IMG/VR virus record: IMGVR_UViG_3300020716_000012
Coordinates: 1-46,844 of that record
Direction: 5' to 3' (one strand)
DNA: 46,844 nucleotides
Source: a virus
Lineage: Duplodnaviria > Caudoviricetes
In this document: positions 19,248 to 29,114 of the stretch, in pieces
How positions within the stretch are numbered: the first letter of the stretch is position 1
How the letters are laid out: every line of letters begins with the position of its first letter
Translations under genes and position numbers: made by a program
Notes under the pieces: generated by a model
Seen by the model: the letters and a program-made list of their open reading frames with translations, nothing else
Databases searched by the model: none
What the model was told of the DNA's origin: nothing

Positions 19248-20921
19248 TTATTGGAATTCGGTTTTAACAACCTTATTAATGATATGACTAGTTTTCTTAA
19301 TCATTTCATCTCCAAGGCTCTTAATAACGCAGGAGTAGTTATAAAGATTTGGATCGTTGAAGTGTAATATTCCCAATCCAACTGTTACGAATCCATCTCT
19401 CCTACATTTTTCTAAAACCTTCTTCATTGCTGTTGTTGCATTTTCTCCCCCATAGTTACTACCACAAGGTTGTCCGTCGGATAGTGTAATGAAAATGATA
19501 TTATCATCCGTCATACTTCTTACCTTATCATATACGGCTTCAATTGCAGGTCCATCATAATTCGAGTCTCTGGAATCAATACTTTCAATCCTTTCCTCGA
19601 ACTTTTGATTATATTTGTCTTGGTAAACAAATACTTCTGGTATATCATCTCCACTATGACCATAAACATAGATCTTATCCTGCGGAAGTATTTCAGAGAA
19701 TGCCAAGTAAAGAGTTTTTAATATACTCTTACTATAATCTATTTTATAGTGTTCACTCATACTACCAGATTCGTCCTGTAGAATAACAACACTAAAAGGC
19801 TTTGTTGTCTGGTTTTCTTCGTGTGTATAGTACACATTCATATTTCCAGGAACAATTTCTGCAACTTTACGAGGATCTAATTTACCCATCCTTAATGAAT
19901 TTACTCGATCCACCGCAGGGTCAAAGTTAATATCAAGGAGTTTTACGAGCCGGGAAGCAAAGGCATGCTCGTCATCACTAAACCTACATTTCATACTATC
20001 TTTTGGATGGATAAATTTAGTTTGTTTAACAAGGCTCCCATTTAAGTGGTAACTAACAATTTCCCTCTTTTTGATTTCTCCTAATAAAGCTCTTAAGTCA
20101 CCTCTTACCCTTTTGATGTCTTCGGTTCGGTTAGCAAGGGAGTTATCTAATTTTCCCGTTCCTCTTTCAGGGGTTCTGGTTCCATCATCTTTCCCTTTAT
20201 CATTTTTCTTTCCTGCATCGGCTGCCTTATCTCCTTTACCACTACTATTACTTCCTTTAGCCTTGCCCTCTTCTTCCTTTTCCTCCCCCGTTTTACCGGG
20301 TCCTTTTCCTTTACCTTCTGGAGCTCCATTAGATTCTTGGTTTCCACCTCCTCCAGAATTAGCTCCACCCTTTGGTGAATTTTGTTGTTGCTCTTCTTCC
20401 CCTTGTCCTTCTCCTTCTCCTTCTCCCTCGCCGTCTTGGTCTTCTTGTTCCTCATTCTCCTCGTCTCCACTGAAGCCAATAGCACCCATAGGTGGAGGAA
20501 TAGGTAAACTAATTTCACAGCTTTTTATTAACTTAGAATAGTTTTCAAAAAGAGCCTTATGCTCTGGAGAATTATCACAAACCCAGGCGAATACTTGAGC
20601 CAATGCTTCCGGTGTTACCATTAACACTTCTTTCTTTGCCCAGAAGTGGGTAACTTCTATAGCCTTTGCAGTATTTGCTAGATTACTAAAAAAATTGTGC
20701 TCCTTTACTTTTAATAAAAAGATCTTCATTAATTTATCAGCAGTCCACCAAGAAAGACCCATAGTGTCCTTAACTTTCATGTCAAATTTATAGGACATTT
20801 GTACCTCTGGGTGGTCTACAATCAGGTTATAGTAACCCCCGTAATAGGAATTTTCCCATTTGGAGCTACTATATCCCGTTGCGAGTGACCCAAAGAATTT
20901 TGTTACTTTGTTATTGGCCAT
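19248..20921 (-). CDS. VWA-domain (CobT/NorD-like) MoxR partner, copy A
   Basis: DESGSM, SNYDG, LSDGQP; long G/E/K low-complexity linker. Confidence 0.85.
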   Translation of the reverse strand: MANNKVTKFFGSLATGYSSSKWENSYYGGYYNLIVDHPEVQMSYKFDMKVKDTMGLSWWTADKLMKIFLLKVKEHNFFSNLANTAKAIEVTHFWAKKEVLMVTPEALAQVFAWVCDNSPEHKALFENYSKLIKSCEISLPIPPPMGAIGFSGDEENEEQEDQDGEGEGEGEGQGEEEQQQNSPKGGANSGGGGNQESNGAPEGKGKGPGKTGEEKEEEGKAKGSNSSGKGDKAADAGKKNDKGKDDGTRTPERGTGKLDNSLANRTEDIKRVRGDLRALLGEIKKREIVSYHLNGSLVKQTKFIHPKDSMKCRFSDDEHAFASRLVKLLDINFDPAVDRVNSLRMGKLDPRKVAEIVPGNMNVYYTHEENQTTKPFSVVILQDESGSMSEHYKIDYSKSILKTLYLAFSEILPQDKIYVYGHSGDDIPEVFVYQDKYNQKFEERIESIDSRDSNYDGPAIEAVYDKVRSMTDDNIIFITLSDGQPCGSNYGGENATTAMKKVLEKCRRDGFVTVGLGILHFNDPNLYNYSCVIKSLGDEMIKKTSHIINKVVKTEFQ

Positions 20922-20924
20922 TGT

Positions 20925-21953
20925 TTATTTTTTATGTGTAGAAAGTATTGATTCGATTGACTTTAAGCCCTCTTTTCCTGCGAGACCTTTACACAGTGTG
21001 TAATAAGCATCGTAAATAGTGAATCCATCTTCTACGAAGGAAGCTATTTCCCTTAAGTGACGGAATGATAACCCAAAGCTGATAGTGAAATCCTCATTGG
21101 ACTTATTTATTTTCTCGTAAATAGACACCATTGTAGAAATGTCATCATTACTTACACCTGGGTAAGTGTATTTGATAACTTCCTTGATTTGGCTAGTTGC
21201 AAGAGTATCCATTTCGATTAGGATGAAACGGTCTAATAATGCACGGTCCATTTTGTTTGTACCAGAATATTGACTACCGATATTCGCAGTAGCAAATATT
21301 ACGCATTCAGGATGTAGCTTGATTGGCTCTGCATCATTGAAAGCATACTCCATACTCAACTCACGCCTGAAGTCCAAACATGGGAAAAGTAAGTTGTTAG
21401 CTTGTAGGGATGCACGACTAAGCTCGTCCAAAAGAATAATACCTGGCCTTTGAATAGCTGCAGAGAAACGGGATTTAATGAACTTGGAAACAGTAACACC
21501 TGCTTCAACCTGGATTGTATTTGTACCAACAAGTCCCATGATAGGGTCTGTCATAGTACCCATATCAAAAATTGTTATTGGAACCCCAAGATGCTCGGCC
21601 ATATTATGCACCAATTCAGTTTTACCGTAACCAGTAGGTCCAAGGATTAAGGTATTCTTTTTCTTTTCGATGTTCCTACGAAGAATTTTGTAGGTTCCCT
21701 CGTGGACTTTAAAAAATCCATTTAAGGTTACGAATCCATTGGCATCTTTTCTTGGGATGGCAATAGCTTTAGCAACTTTAACTGATTCTACTACGGCAGC
21801 AATAGCTTCTACAGCTGGCGGTGCTGGTGGAACAAGCCTCGGAGCTGGTTTTGAAGGCGGAGGAGCTATCTGGAGATCCTCGTCAAGAAATAGTTCATCG
21901 GTTGGTTTCGTTGCTCCTAATGAAAGAGGAGTCGTTGTTGGTGTTGTTGACAT
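20925..21953 (-). CDS. MoxR-family AAA+ ATPase, copy A
   Basis: GPTGYGKT, LLDELSRA, DRALLDRF; Pro-rich N-terminal tail. Confidence 0.9.
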   Translation of the reverse strand: MSTTPTTTPLSLGATKPTDELFLDEDLQIAPPPSKPAPRLVPPAPPAVEAIAAVVESVKVAKAIAIPRKDANGFVTLNGFFKVHEGTYKILRRNIEKKKNTLILGPTGYGKTELVHNMAEHLGVPITIFDMGTMTDPIMGLVGTNTIQVEAGVTVSKFIKSRFSAAIQRPGIILLDELSRASLQANNLLFPCLDFRRELSMEYAFNDAEPIKLHPECVIFATANIGSQYSGTNKMDRALLDRFILIEMDTLATSQIKEVIKYTYPGVSNDDISTMVSIYEKINKSNEDFTISFGLSFRHLREIASFVEDGFTIYDAYYTLCKGLAGKEGLKSIESILSTHKK

Positions 21954-21994
21954 TGTTTAAACTTTTTGTTTATTTGTTATAAAATGTGTTTGTA

Positions 21995-22354
21995 TTAGGA
22001 ATTAATTATGTCTTGCGCTTCCGCAATAAGTTTGTTTTGTTCCATATAACGGCGGAGTTGAACGAGTTTTGCCTGGAGAATCCAACAATCCTCTTTCATT
22101 TGTTCAACTTGCTTTTCTTTCTCCTGCTCCTTCCGGGCTTTTTGCTGTGCCCTTTCTCTTTTGAATTCTTCTGGTGCCCTTTCGAGTACCATGGTCTCCA
22201 TCAGATCTGCCATAAATTCTCCTGCCTGTCCTTGATGTGGCAATGCTTCGAGTCCTTTGATGAGCATATCAAAATCCTCTTTCGTAAACTTAATGTCTTT
22301 CAAATCCATATGTTTGTTATTTAATTGGTTCAAATTTTGGTAAACTTCCGTCAT
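21995..22354 (-). CDS. hypothetical coiled-coil protein
   Basis: 119 aa ORF; true start may be the downstream MDLKDIK. Confidence 0.65.
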   Translation of the reverse strand: MTEVYQNLNQLNNKHMDLKDIKFTKEDFDMLIKGLEALPHQGQAGEFMADLMETMVLERAPEEFKRERAQQKARKEQEKEKQVEQMKEDCWILQAKLVQLRRYMEQNKLIAEAQDIINS

Positions 22355-22502
22355 CGTAAAGTATAGTCATAAAAAGACACGCTGGTGTTGTTAATGTTGC
22401 AGTCTTTATTTCGAATAATGGATTTTGGTCCTGCCATAATCTTATTTTGGTTACAAGATCTTCCGATGATATTGCCGATCTAAAAATCTCTACTCTAAGC
22501 AT
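22317..22502 (-). CDS. small hypothetical protein
   Basis: 61 aa ORF ending MTILYDDGSLPKFEPIK. Confidence 0.6.
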   Translation of the reverse strand: MLRVEIFRSAISSEDLVTKIRLWQDQNPLFEIKTATLTTPACLFMTILYDDGSLPKFEPIK

Positions 22503-22505
22503 AAT

Positions 22506-22670
22506 TATTTAATCGGTTCAAACTTTGGTAAAAGTCCATTGTCGTAAATAAGGGTCATATCAAAAGTCCAGAAGAAAGATCTAAAAGATCTAAATCCTTA
22601 AAAGGTCGTATTCCGTGGAATAAAGGAATAAAAAATTATAAAAATCTTACACAAATCGAGAAGATTTTAC
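22506..22670. pseudogene. fused remnants: 3' end of a paralog of 22317..22502 (minus) and a NUMOD3 endonuclease fragment (plus)
   Basis: Minus reads MTLIYDNGLLPKFEPIK*; plus reads KGHIKSPEERSKRSKSLKGRIPWNKGIK without its own N-terminus. Confidence 0.6.
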
Positions 22671-23576
22671 TTAAAAATTCCCATATTCAACCTGAAAAAC
22701 CTTAATTCCCAGTTCTCTCCAAGTTCTTACTACTTGGTCCCTATCATCATATACTGCAATTATATTATATTTACCAAAAAGCACATTTTCATAAATCTCC
22801 TTTTTTATCAAAGAATCCTTTCTATAATCATCCTTTGGCCTCATAAAAAGACCGTCATATTCTAATCCATAGAATTGTAACCATTCTTCCGTCTTTGTTC
22901 TTGCAGATTCATCTCTTCCGGAGACAAAAATAACTTTATCTCCATTCTTTTTATGTAATTTGATTTGTCGTGCTATTACGATATCAATATCATCCTTATC
23001 TACTTGAAGCCAATCAAAAGGACCTCTTTTATTTGACATATGGGCAGTAGTACCATCAATATCAAAAATATAGGCATCGGGTAATTTAGGATCGAATATG
23101 GGCTCTTTGTAGATTTTAGCTCTTTTACTTATATGGGTGAAATTAAATGAATCCAAAAGATTTTTGTAATCCTTGAACATTTTCTTTATAACAGCCTCAC
23201 CAACCTTTTTTTCCCTTGCATTATCCCTCTCAATAGCCTTATCTATTGATATGTCAAATATTTGATACTCAACATCTGCTACTTCCTCAACCATTTTAAC
23301 AAGTTGCATTATGTAGCGGGATTTCAAATTGGTACTATCGATTATTACGTTTTGTTTGTATCTTAATGCGGTCAACACAGCATCTCCTACCATCTCGGTT
23401 ATCATATCCTCGATCTTAGGTTCGCATACTGGTGCATCTTTCGTCATAAATCGAAAATCGTCTCTATTGATCCTTGTCCAATTAGAGTTATTCTTTACAT
23501 ACGCTTTTGCCCATGTCGTCTTTCCTGCCGCAGGTATCCCTATCAGGAATTTCACCTTCAAATCTTCCTTTTTCAT
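22671..23576 (-). CDS. pseT: polynucleotide 5'-kinase/3'-phosphatase
   Basis: GIPAAGKTT, RDDFR; HAD domain DIDGT, SGR, YDDR. Confidence 0.92.
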   Translation of the reverse strand: MKKEDLKVKFLIGIPAAGKTTWAKAYVKNNSNWTRINRDDFRFMTKDAPVCEPKIEDMITEMVGDAVLTALRYKQNVIIDSTNLKSRYIMQLVKMVEEVADVEYQIFDISIDKAIERDNAREKKVGEAVIKKMFKDYKNLLDSFNFTHISKRAKIYKEPIFDPKLPDAYIFDIDGTTAHMSNKRGPFDWLQVDKDDIDIVIARQIKLHKKNGDKVIFVSGRDESARTKTEEWLQFYGLEYDGLFMRPKDDYRKDSLIKKEIYENVLFGKYNIIAVYDDRDQVVRTWRELGIKVFQVEYGNF

Positions 23577-23603
23577 TTTAGTTGGGCTTTACTCCTTGAT
23601 TAA

Positions 23604-23945
23604 TTATACCAATCTATTCTTCCAGTTTGTCTCTTCGGCGTGGATGATTGTAACAATAGAATTGGTGCCGTACTCACCCTTTGGTACGAGCGTTTTGAAA
23701 AAATTAAAATCATCCCTTGTGATAACCTTGTCGATCACATCCTCATATTGTTCGTTGAGGGATTTGGTAGAATCTAGACCGGTCATCCAATTATCATTTT
23801 TGCCTTTCTTCTTGATGATCTCAATCATCTTATCTACAACTTTCCTTTGGTCGGAGATAGCATGAGTTGCAGTTTTCTCAAGAAGGGTGGATTTTTCAGC
23901 CATGTCACCACCATGTTTTGTTTCGATTTTAATTACGTAACCCAT
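23604..23945 (-). CDS. hypothetical protein
   Basis: 113 aa ORF. Confidence 0.65.
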   Translation of the reverse strand: MGYVIKIETKHGGDMAEKSTLLEKTATHAISDQRKVVDKMIEIIKKKGKNDNWMTGLDSTKSLNEQYEDVIDKVITRDDFNFFKTLVPKGEYGTNSIVTIIHAEETNWKNRLV

Positions 23946-23965
23946 TGTTAATTCGTTTATATTGT

Positions 23966-24265
23966 TTAAAATTTGTTTCTCTTTTTTGACCGGAAGTATT
24001 CTTGGTACTCCAGTAGTTGATCGTATGTTTCAATGGAGTCGTCTAATAGCTCCTCCATATCATCTTGGTTTGCTACTTTAAGTTTTAAGTTTTCTTCAAA
24101 CCTTAAAATCTCTCCACAATACATACAAAGGCTAAAGTCACCTTTCTTTAGTTCCCTTGGTGAATCATCTGCCGAGGTTGCTGCGTCCAGTTCATGTTTA
24201 CATGATGGACAATATTGTAAATCATACCTAATTGAGTTGCTCTCTGGCTGGGCGCTATCTTCCAT
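23966..24265 (-). CDS. zinc-ribbon protein
   Basis: CPSC..CMYC. Confidence 0.65.
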   Translation of the reverse strand: MEDSAQPESNSIRYDLQYCPSCKHELDAATSADDSPRELKKGDFSLCMYCGEILRFEENLKLKVANQDDMEELLDDSIETYDQLLEYQEYFRSKKRNKF

Positions 24266-24302
24266 CTTATGTAGTTTGACTCTTCAAAAAATTTTGTTGT
24301 TT

Positions 24303-24512
24303 TTAGAAATCCTGAAAACTTTCTTTGTACAGGCTTTCTGATCCCTGGTCAACGAAAGTAAATTTGCCATCCTGTACTACTAGCATTTTTACTTCTTCCA
24401 ATTTCTTAATGATCTCCTCTTTTTCGTTTAGGATTTTTTCGGGGAGTTCTACTGTTTGGGCAGCGGCATCTATATAAGCTAATCGGGTTATATTATAATT
24501 TTGGTCGCTCAT
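24303..24512 (-). CDS. hypothetical protein
   Basis: ATG at 24512, just downstream of promoter copy 4. Confidence 0.6.
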   Translation of the reverse strand: MSDQNYNITRLAYIDAAAQTVELPEKILNEKEEIIKKLEEVKMLVVQDGKFTFVDQGSESLYKESFQDF

Positions 24513-24544
24513 AATATTATTATTACTCAATAAATTAATTTATG

Positions 24545-24600
24545 TAAAAGTAATGAAAAATTTCAAAATAAAACAAACTAAATTGTTAAAAAAGCGTTAA
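24545..24600 (-). promoter_or_regulatory. conserved early-type promoter copy 4
   Basis: TACTTTTA at 24545-24552; tgttaaa at 24584; TTAAC direct repeat with 11-bp period. Confidence 0.7.
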
Positions 24601-24660
24601 AGAGTTCTTTTGGATTATTTTAACTCCTATATTAGATATATAGATCATATAACAAATATT

Positions 24661-25515
24661 ATGCAAATATACAAAACAATAAATTTAATAAACAATAAAT
24701 TTTATATCGGTCAGGATAGTAAGGATAATCCTAGTTATTTAGGTAGTGGAGTTAGAATAAAATATGCTATAAGGAAATATGGCCGAGATAACTTTAAAAA
24801 AGAAATTATAGAATCTAATATAGATAACTTAGAAACATTAAATGAAAGAGAACTATATTGGATAAATCTTTATTGGGAAACATCTTCTAATATGATGTAT
24901 AATATTGCTAAACATCGTTTTGGCGGAACAAGTATGAAATTTAGAACTGAAGAGCATTATCAAAAAATAGTGGAAACTAGAAGAAAAAATGGTACTTATA
25001 TTGGCGCTCCTGGAAAGAGATCTCAAGAGACGAAAGATAAAATTAGTATTGGAAATAAGGGAAAGAAAAGATCTGAAGAAGATAATGAAAAGAATAGAAT
25101 AGGACATTTAGGTAAAAAACATACAGAGGAAACTAAAAAAATTATAGGAGATATTCATAAAGGAAATAGTTATTGTAAGGGGAAAACAGTTCCTTTAGAA
25201 ATTAGAAATAAAATTTCAGAAGGATTAAAGGGAAGACCAGTTAGTAAAAAAACTAGGGATAAACTTGCTAAAACAAATACTGGGAAAATTATGTCAGAAG
25301 AAGGACGTAAAAAAATTTCAGAAGCAGGAAAGGGGAGGAAATATACAGAAGAAACTAAAAAATTATGGAGTGAACAAAGAAAGGGAAGAAAACAATCGGA
25401 AGAATGGAAAAATAAAATAGCAAATAGTAACAAGGGGCAAAAAAGAAGTGAAGAAAGTAAACAAAAAATGAGAGATTCTAGAAAAAGGTATATTGAAAAT
25501 AAGAAAACCAGTTAG
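24661..25515 (+). CDS. GIY-YIG homing endonuclease with multiple NUMOD3 repeats
   Basis: MQIYKTINLINNKFYIG..YLGSG; many KGKKxSEETKxKIS units; GATATATA at 24635 supports the ATG at 24661. Confidence 0.9.
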   Translation: MQIYKTINLINNKFYIGQDSKDNPSYLGSGVRIKYAIRKYGRDNFKKEIIESNIDNLETLNERELYWINLYWETSSNMMYNIAKHRFGGTSMKFRTEEHYQKIVETRRKNGTYIGAPGKRSQETKDKISIGNKGKKRSEEDNEKNRIGHLGKKHTEETKKIIGDIHKGNSYCKGKTVPLEIRNKISEGLKGRPVSKKTRDKLAKTNTGKIMSEEGRKKISEAGKGRKYTEETKKLWSEQRKGRKQSEEWKNKIANSNKGQKRSEESKQKMRDSRKRYIENKKTS

Positions 25516-25532
25516 AAACTGGTTTTCTTATT
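25498..25532. terminator. bidirectional intrinsic terminator
   Basis: aataagaaaaccagtt-aga-aactggttttcttatt perfect inverted repeat between convergent genes. Confidence 0.8.
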
Positions 25533-25546
25533 ATACTTTCTGATTT

Positions 25547-26665
25547 TTATTTCTTTTCTAATTCAAATAAGAAGGAGGTCCCTGCATCAAGTACCCTTGT
25601 GTAGCTATTTGACTGAACGAAAATCTTGTACTTGTTCATAATATCCGGCAGGCTCAGTGGTGATACACCGCCTTTAGTTCCGAATGGAACACCGAGTTGT
25701 TCGCGGCACCAATTGGTATCTGCGTTTGCTTCACCGGTTACCTTATCAACAAATATTACTTCCTTATTGGCCTGGATAATTTCGCGATTGGCCTTGCCAT
25801 CTGCGGTTCTTTCAATCAACTGATAGAATCCTCTGCCTTTCTTGTAAGTGGCGCCGGAGTCTTCTACAAATTGTTTAATTACCGTTGCCTCCGCTACCGT
25901 CATTACCTGAAACTTTGAAAGAAGCTCTATTTTCTCGTCTGATAGTGTTCCAGCGCCGGTTGTTAAACCGCGAAGCTTGTTGAACATCGCCCGAAGTGCC
26001 AAATTACCGGTGAATGATGGATCTGATTTCTGGTAGTCCTCCAGTTGTCCGGCCTGCGAGTAAACAATAGCATTGATATAGGTAACAATATGCTGGAACT
26101 GAGAAAGATCCAATTTAATGCCGCCTGTCATTTTAGAAATGCCATCGTAGAAATAATTACTGCCGCGATTACCGAGTGCCTGGACGCCATATATGGCAAC
26201 ACCCATTTCTCCAAGGGCTTTTGCTTCTTCCTTCCAATCATGGATACATGTCTGAAGGCCGCCACCTCTGCGGGAGTGTACCTGGTATCCTTTCATGTGC
26301 GGCGTCTCGTCCCCGATCATTATCAAAGCCTTCTTATCAGCTTTCCATGAAAGGTTCCTGGCCGAATGAAGTGCCAGTTCGTAGCACTCGGGTGAATCTC
26401 CACCACCGCGGGGTGAATCCTGGTCAATAAACGTTTTTACCTTTTTCATGTCCGTTGTAAAGTCCAGGATCTTCATATGATCTGGTGCATCACAATAGTC
26501 GTTCATGATAATGATGGCAAAGCGAATGCCCGGGATGTCCTTTGATAACTTATCTACGGTTTCTTTGGCTTTTGCCCGAACCTGCATGCGGACTGAATAC
26601 ATGCTACCCGTATCATCGAAGGAGATTACTACATCAAGTCCATTTATTATTACTTTTGGTTCCAT
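25547..26665 (-). CDS. VWA-domain protein with a beta-rich C-terminal domain
   Basis: DVVISFDDTGSM, GGGDSPECYELAL, IGDETPH. Confidence 0.82.
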   Translation of the reverse strand: MEPKVIINGLDVVISFDDTGSMYSVRMQVRAKAKETVDKLSKDIPGIRFAIIIMNDYCDAPDHMKILDFTTDMKKVKTFIDQDSPRGGGDSPECYELALHSARNLSWKADKKALIMIGDETPHMKGYQVHSRRGGGLQTCIHDWKEEAKALGEMGVAIYGVQALGNRGSNYFYDGISKMTGGIKLDLSQFQHIVTYINAIVYSQAGQLEDYQKSDPSFTGNLALRAMFNKLRGLTTGAGTLSDEKIELLSKFQVMTVAEATVIKQFVEDSGATYKKGRGFYQLIERTADGKANREIIQANKEVIFVDKVTGEANADTNWCREQLGVPFGTKGGVSPLSLPDIMNKYKIFVQSNSYTRVLDAGTSFLFELEKK

Positions 26666-26680
26666 AGTCTGACCCTCCTA

Positions 26681-27118
26681 TTACTTTTTAGCAGTGGCCT
26701 TTTTGGCTGCTTTCTTAGGGGCGACGGCTGCGTGAACAACCGCTACTGGGGTTTCGGTTTTGGTTGATGTCATGGAATCGCCGCGACTAACCAGCTCATT
26801 GAGCAGGTCCTGGGCAACGTGGTCTTCCAGTAGGCCGGCATACTTCTTCAGGAATTCGGTGTTTGTCTCCTTGTTGGCATAGACATTAGTCATATAGTCT
26901 TTTGTATGCTTAATCAACGCCCGGCGGATGTGGTGCGAATGCATGTCCTGGATTTTTACCAGCCCGTCAGTTTTGGAATTGTAATAGCCACGTGGAGTGA
27001 GATCCAGGCCAGTTATAGGAAGTCCCAATGCTTTGGCGACCTTCTGTAACTCTTCAAATGTACCGGTAAATTCACGGCCAGTTGAAAACTTGTGCGTTAA
27101 AACCTTTGTTGTGTCCAT
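26681..27118 (-). CDS. hypothetical protein with Ala/Lys-rich tail
   Basis: Ends APKKAAKKATAKK. Confidence 0.75.
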   Translation of the reverse strand: MDTTKVLTHKFSTGREFTGTFEELQKVAKALGLPITGLDLTPRGYYNSKTDGLVKIQDMHSHHIRRALIKHTKDYMTNVYANKETNTEFLKKYAGLLEDHVAQDLLNELVSRGDSMTSTKTETPVAVVHAAVAPKKAAKKATAKK

Positions 27119-27144
27119 AAATAATTAATTGATTTTTATGAATA

Positions 27145-27200
27145 CAAATATAAATAAAAGTTTCAGAATAAAAAAATACTAATTGTTAAAGAAAATATAA
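27145..27200 (-). promoter_or_regulatory. conserved early-type promoter copy 5
   Basis: TATATTTG at 27145-27152; tgttaaa at 27184. Confidence 0.75.
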
Positions 27201-27208
27201 AGTTATTA

Positions 27209-27724
27209 TTAACTAATAACTCCACCCCCATTTCCACTTCTAGGTTTGATAATGGTAGAGGATTCAGGATTGTCATAAACAACAGAGGTTTGGTCATTTT
27301 TATAATTAGCAATTCCTTTATCAATTAAATGAACCTCTGCAAAATAATATAGATCCGATATTGGCGTATCCAATACCTTTCTTGCACCGATGGAATTTTC
27401 TATAAAAGATATAGTTTCTTCAGGAGCACTTTCCATATCATTAAAAATGACCAAGGTTTTCTCTATAGGTTCTTCTTGGAGAAATTTGGCAAAGCTCTTC
27501 CCTTTGTCGGTGATTGTTTCTGCACTAATAACTATTACATGTAGCCCCAATTTCTTGGCAATCATTTTCATGTGAGAAACAGTTCCCAATGCTAGTTGTT
27601 TTTCAACATATAATGGATCACCCGGTTTTTGTCTTATTGCATCCTTTAGCATAGTTTCAAAAGTACCTGGATCAAATAGTGTATTTTCAACTATAAAACG
27701 ACCGAAATTTTTAAGAGGTTTCAT
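27209..27724 (-). CDS. hypothetical protein with capsid-targeting-like N-terminus; possible degenerate AAA fold
   Basis: MKPLKNFGRFIVE; IAKKLGLHVIVISA..LVIFNDMESA; GATATATA at 27730-27737. Confidence 0.7.
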   Translation of the reverse strand: MKPLKNFGRFIVENTLFDPGTFETMLKDAIRQKPGDPLYVEKQLALGTVSHMKMIAKKLGLHVIVISAETITDKGKSFAKFLQEEPIEKTLVIFNDMESAPEETISFIENSIGARKVLDTPISDLYYFAEVHLIDKGIANYKNDQTSVVYDNPESSTIIKPRSGNGGGVIS

Positions 27725-27738
27725 TAGTTTATATATCC

Positions 27739-28800
27739 CTATAGGAGCCCAATATAATTGGCATATTCTATAGTGCCTGCCAGGTCTTCAGAGATGCCTG
27801 CTTCTTGCATAACTATCTTTCTATAATTAGATGGAATCTTTTCGAGCATTGTTGGATTTTCCAAAACAAAATCTGCCATTCCCTTTGCCCAATGATTAGT
27901 TGGTTCCTCTGCTCCACTAAATAAAGATACCATTAATTTTGCAATTAGATTATCCTCATAATTCCGTTCTAGTATGAATTGAGATCCTTTTATAATTTTA
28001 ACAATGGTTTCAATGACCTTCTTCTCCATCTCTTCTTTGGTTTTTGCACCAACTAAGATTTCATAGGATCCATTGCTAGGTTCCCATGTTAATTTACCCA
28101 TTTTTGGGGAGGATTTAACAATAATGTGGATATTTTGTCTAATCATTCCAAATCTTAATTGAGTTTTATCATTACCAAAATAAGGTAATAGTAGTTTTTC
28201 CCAAAAACCAAAATTTGGTGCTTTCTCATCCCATGGTAATAAAAGGCCTAGACTTAATGTTGGTCTAAATAATCCATCATTACTAATCTTTTTCTCTGTT
28301 CCAATAAAATTAAAAATTTCTTTCCATTTTGGATCGTCAAATATAGAGTCCGCATTTTTAATATAGTAACCTTCCCCAAGGGATTCTAGATACATTATTG
28401 TTATATCCTGTATTTTCAATTCCTTCCCACGAGCGGGACAATTCGGATCTTGTAGCCATTTTCTAAAATCTGCTTGTTTTACATCATGTGGAGCTCTTTT
28501 AACAACCCCTTTAATCCAAACATCCTTTAGCATTTCTTCCATTGTATTATAATACATTTGGGAAAAAGGTCGCCCATCACTCAATGCAGTATAATACCAT
28601 CGCCCATCTGGTAATTTTCTTAAATACGTTTTACTCCCGAGGTCTATATAAAACCTATCTGTGCTTTTTAAAAGATAGCCTTCCGGTAATTTTCTTTTAT
28701 AGAGGATTGCCATGAGGTCTCGACCATCTTTGGTTGTGTTCAAACTTTCTCTTAGTTCCTTGTATACAGGGAACGTTTCGTAAGGATCTTTTATTGCCAT
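27739..28800 (-). CDS. hypothetical protein
   Basis: 353 aa ORF, TAATG-coupled to the HNH gene. Confidence 0.8.
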   Translation of the reverse strand: MAIKDPYETFPVYKELRESLNTTKDGRDLMAILYKRKLPEGYLLKSTDRFYIDLGSKTYLRKLPDGRWYYTALSDGRPFSQMYYNTMEEMLKDVWIKGVVKRAPHDVKQADFRKWLQDPNCPARGKELKIQDITIMYLESLGEGYYIKNADSIFDDPKWKEIFNFIGTEKKISNDGLFRPTLSLGLLLPWDEKAPNFGFWEKLLLPYFGNDKTQLRFGMIRQNIHIIVKSSPKMGKLTWEPSNGSYEILVGAKTKEEMEKKVIETIVKIIKGSQFILERNYEDNLIAKLMVSLFSGAEEPTNHWAKGMADFVLENPTMLEKIPSNYRKIVMQEAGISEDLAGTIEYANYIGLL

Positions 28801-29114
28801 TATTGTAAATTTTCTGAATCGAAATAGGCCTTCTCATAAGAAGACCCGATTTTTGTATAAAGTTCTTCTGGACTAAATCCAGGAAGTGATATTCCCGTTA
28901 TATGGAATTGCTCTGCGTTCCAGTGATGCTCAGAACACACGGTAATGCCATTAGAAGGTGCAAAACCGCCATTTGGCATCTCATGCCTATCTGTAATATG
29001 ATGTACGTCTAAACTCTCTGTAACGTGACAGAAAACACACTTATTGCCATCCCTATTGAGGCAATCCTGATTGAATATCTTTTTCCACCGTTTCTGGTCC
29101 TGCTTGGTCGACAT
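28800..29114 (-). CDS. HNH endonuclease
   Basis: RDGNKCVFC..LDVHHI..NGITVCSEHH. Confidence 0.85.
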   Translation of the reverse strand: MSTKQDQKRWKKIFNQDCLNRDGNKCVFCHVTESLDVHHITDRHEMPNGGFAPSNGITVCSEHHWNAEQFHITGISLPGFSPEELYTKIGSSYEKAYFDSENLQ

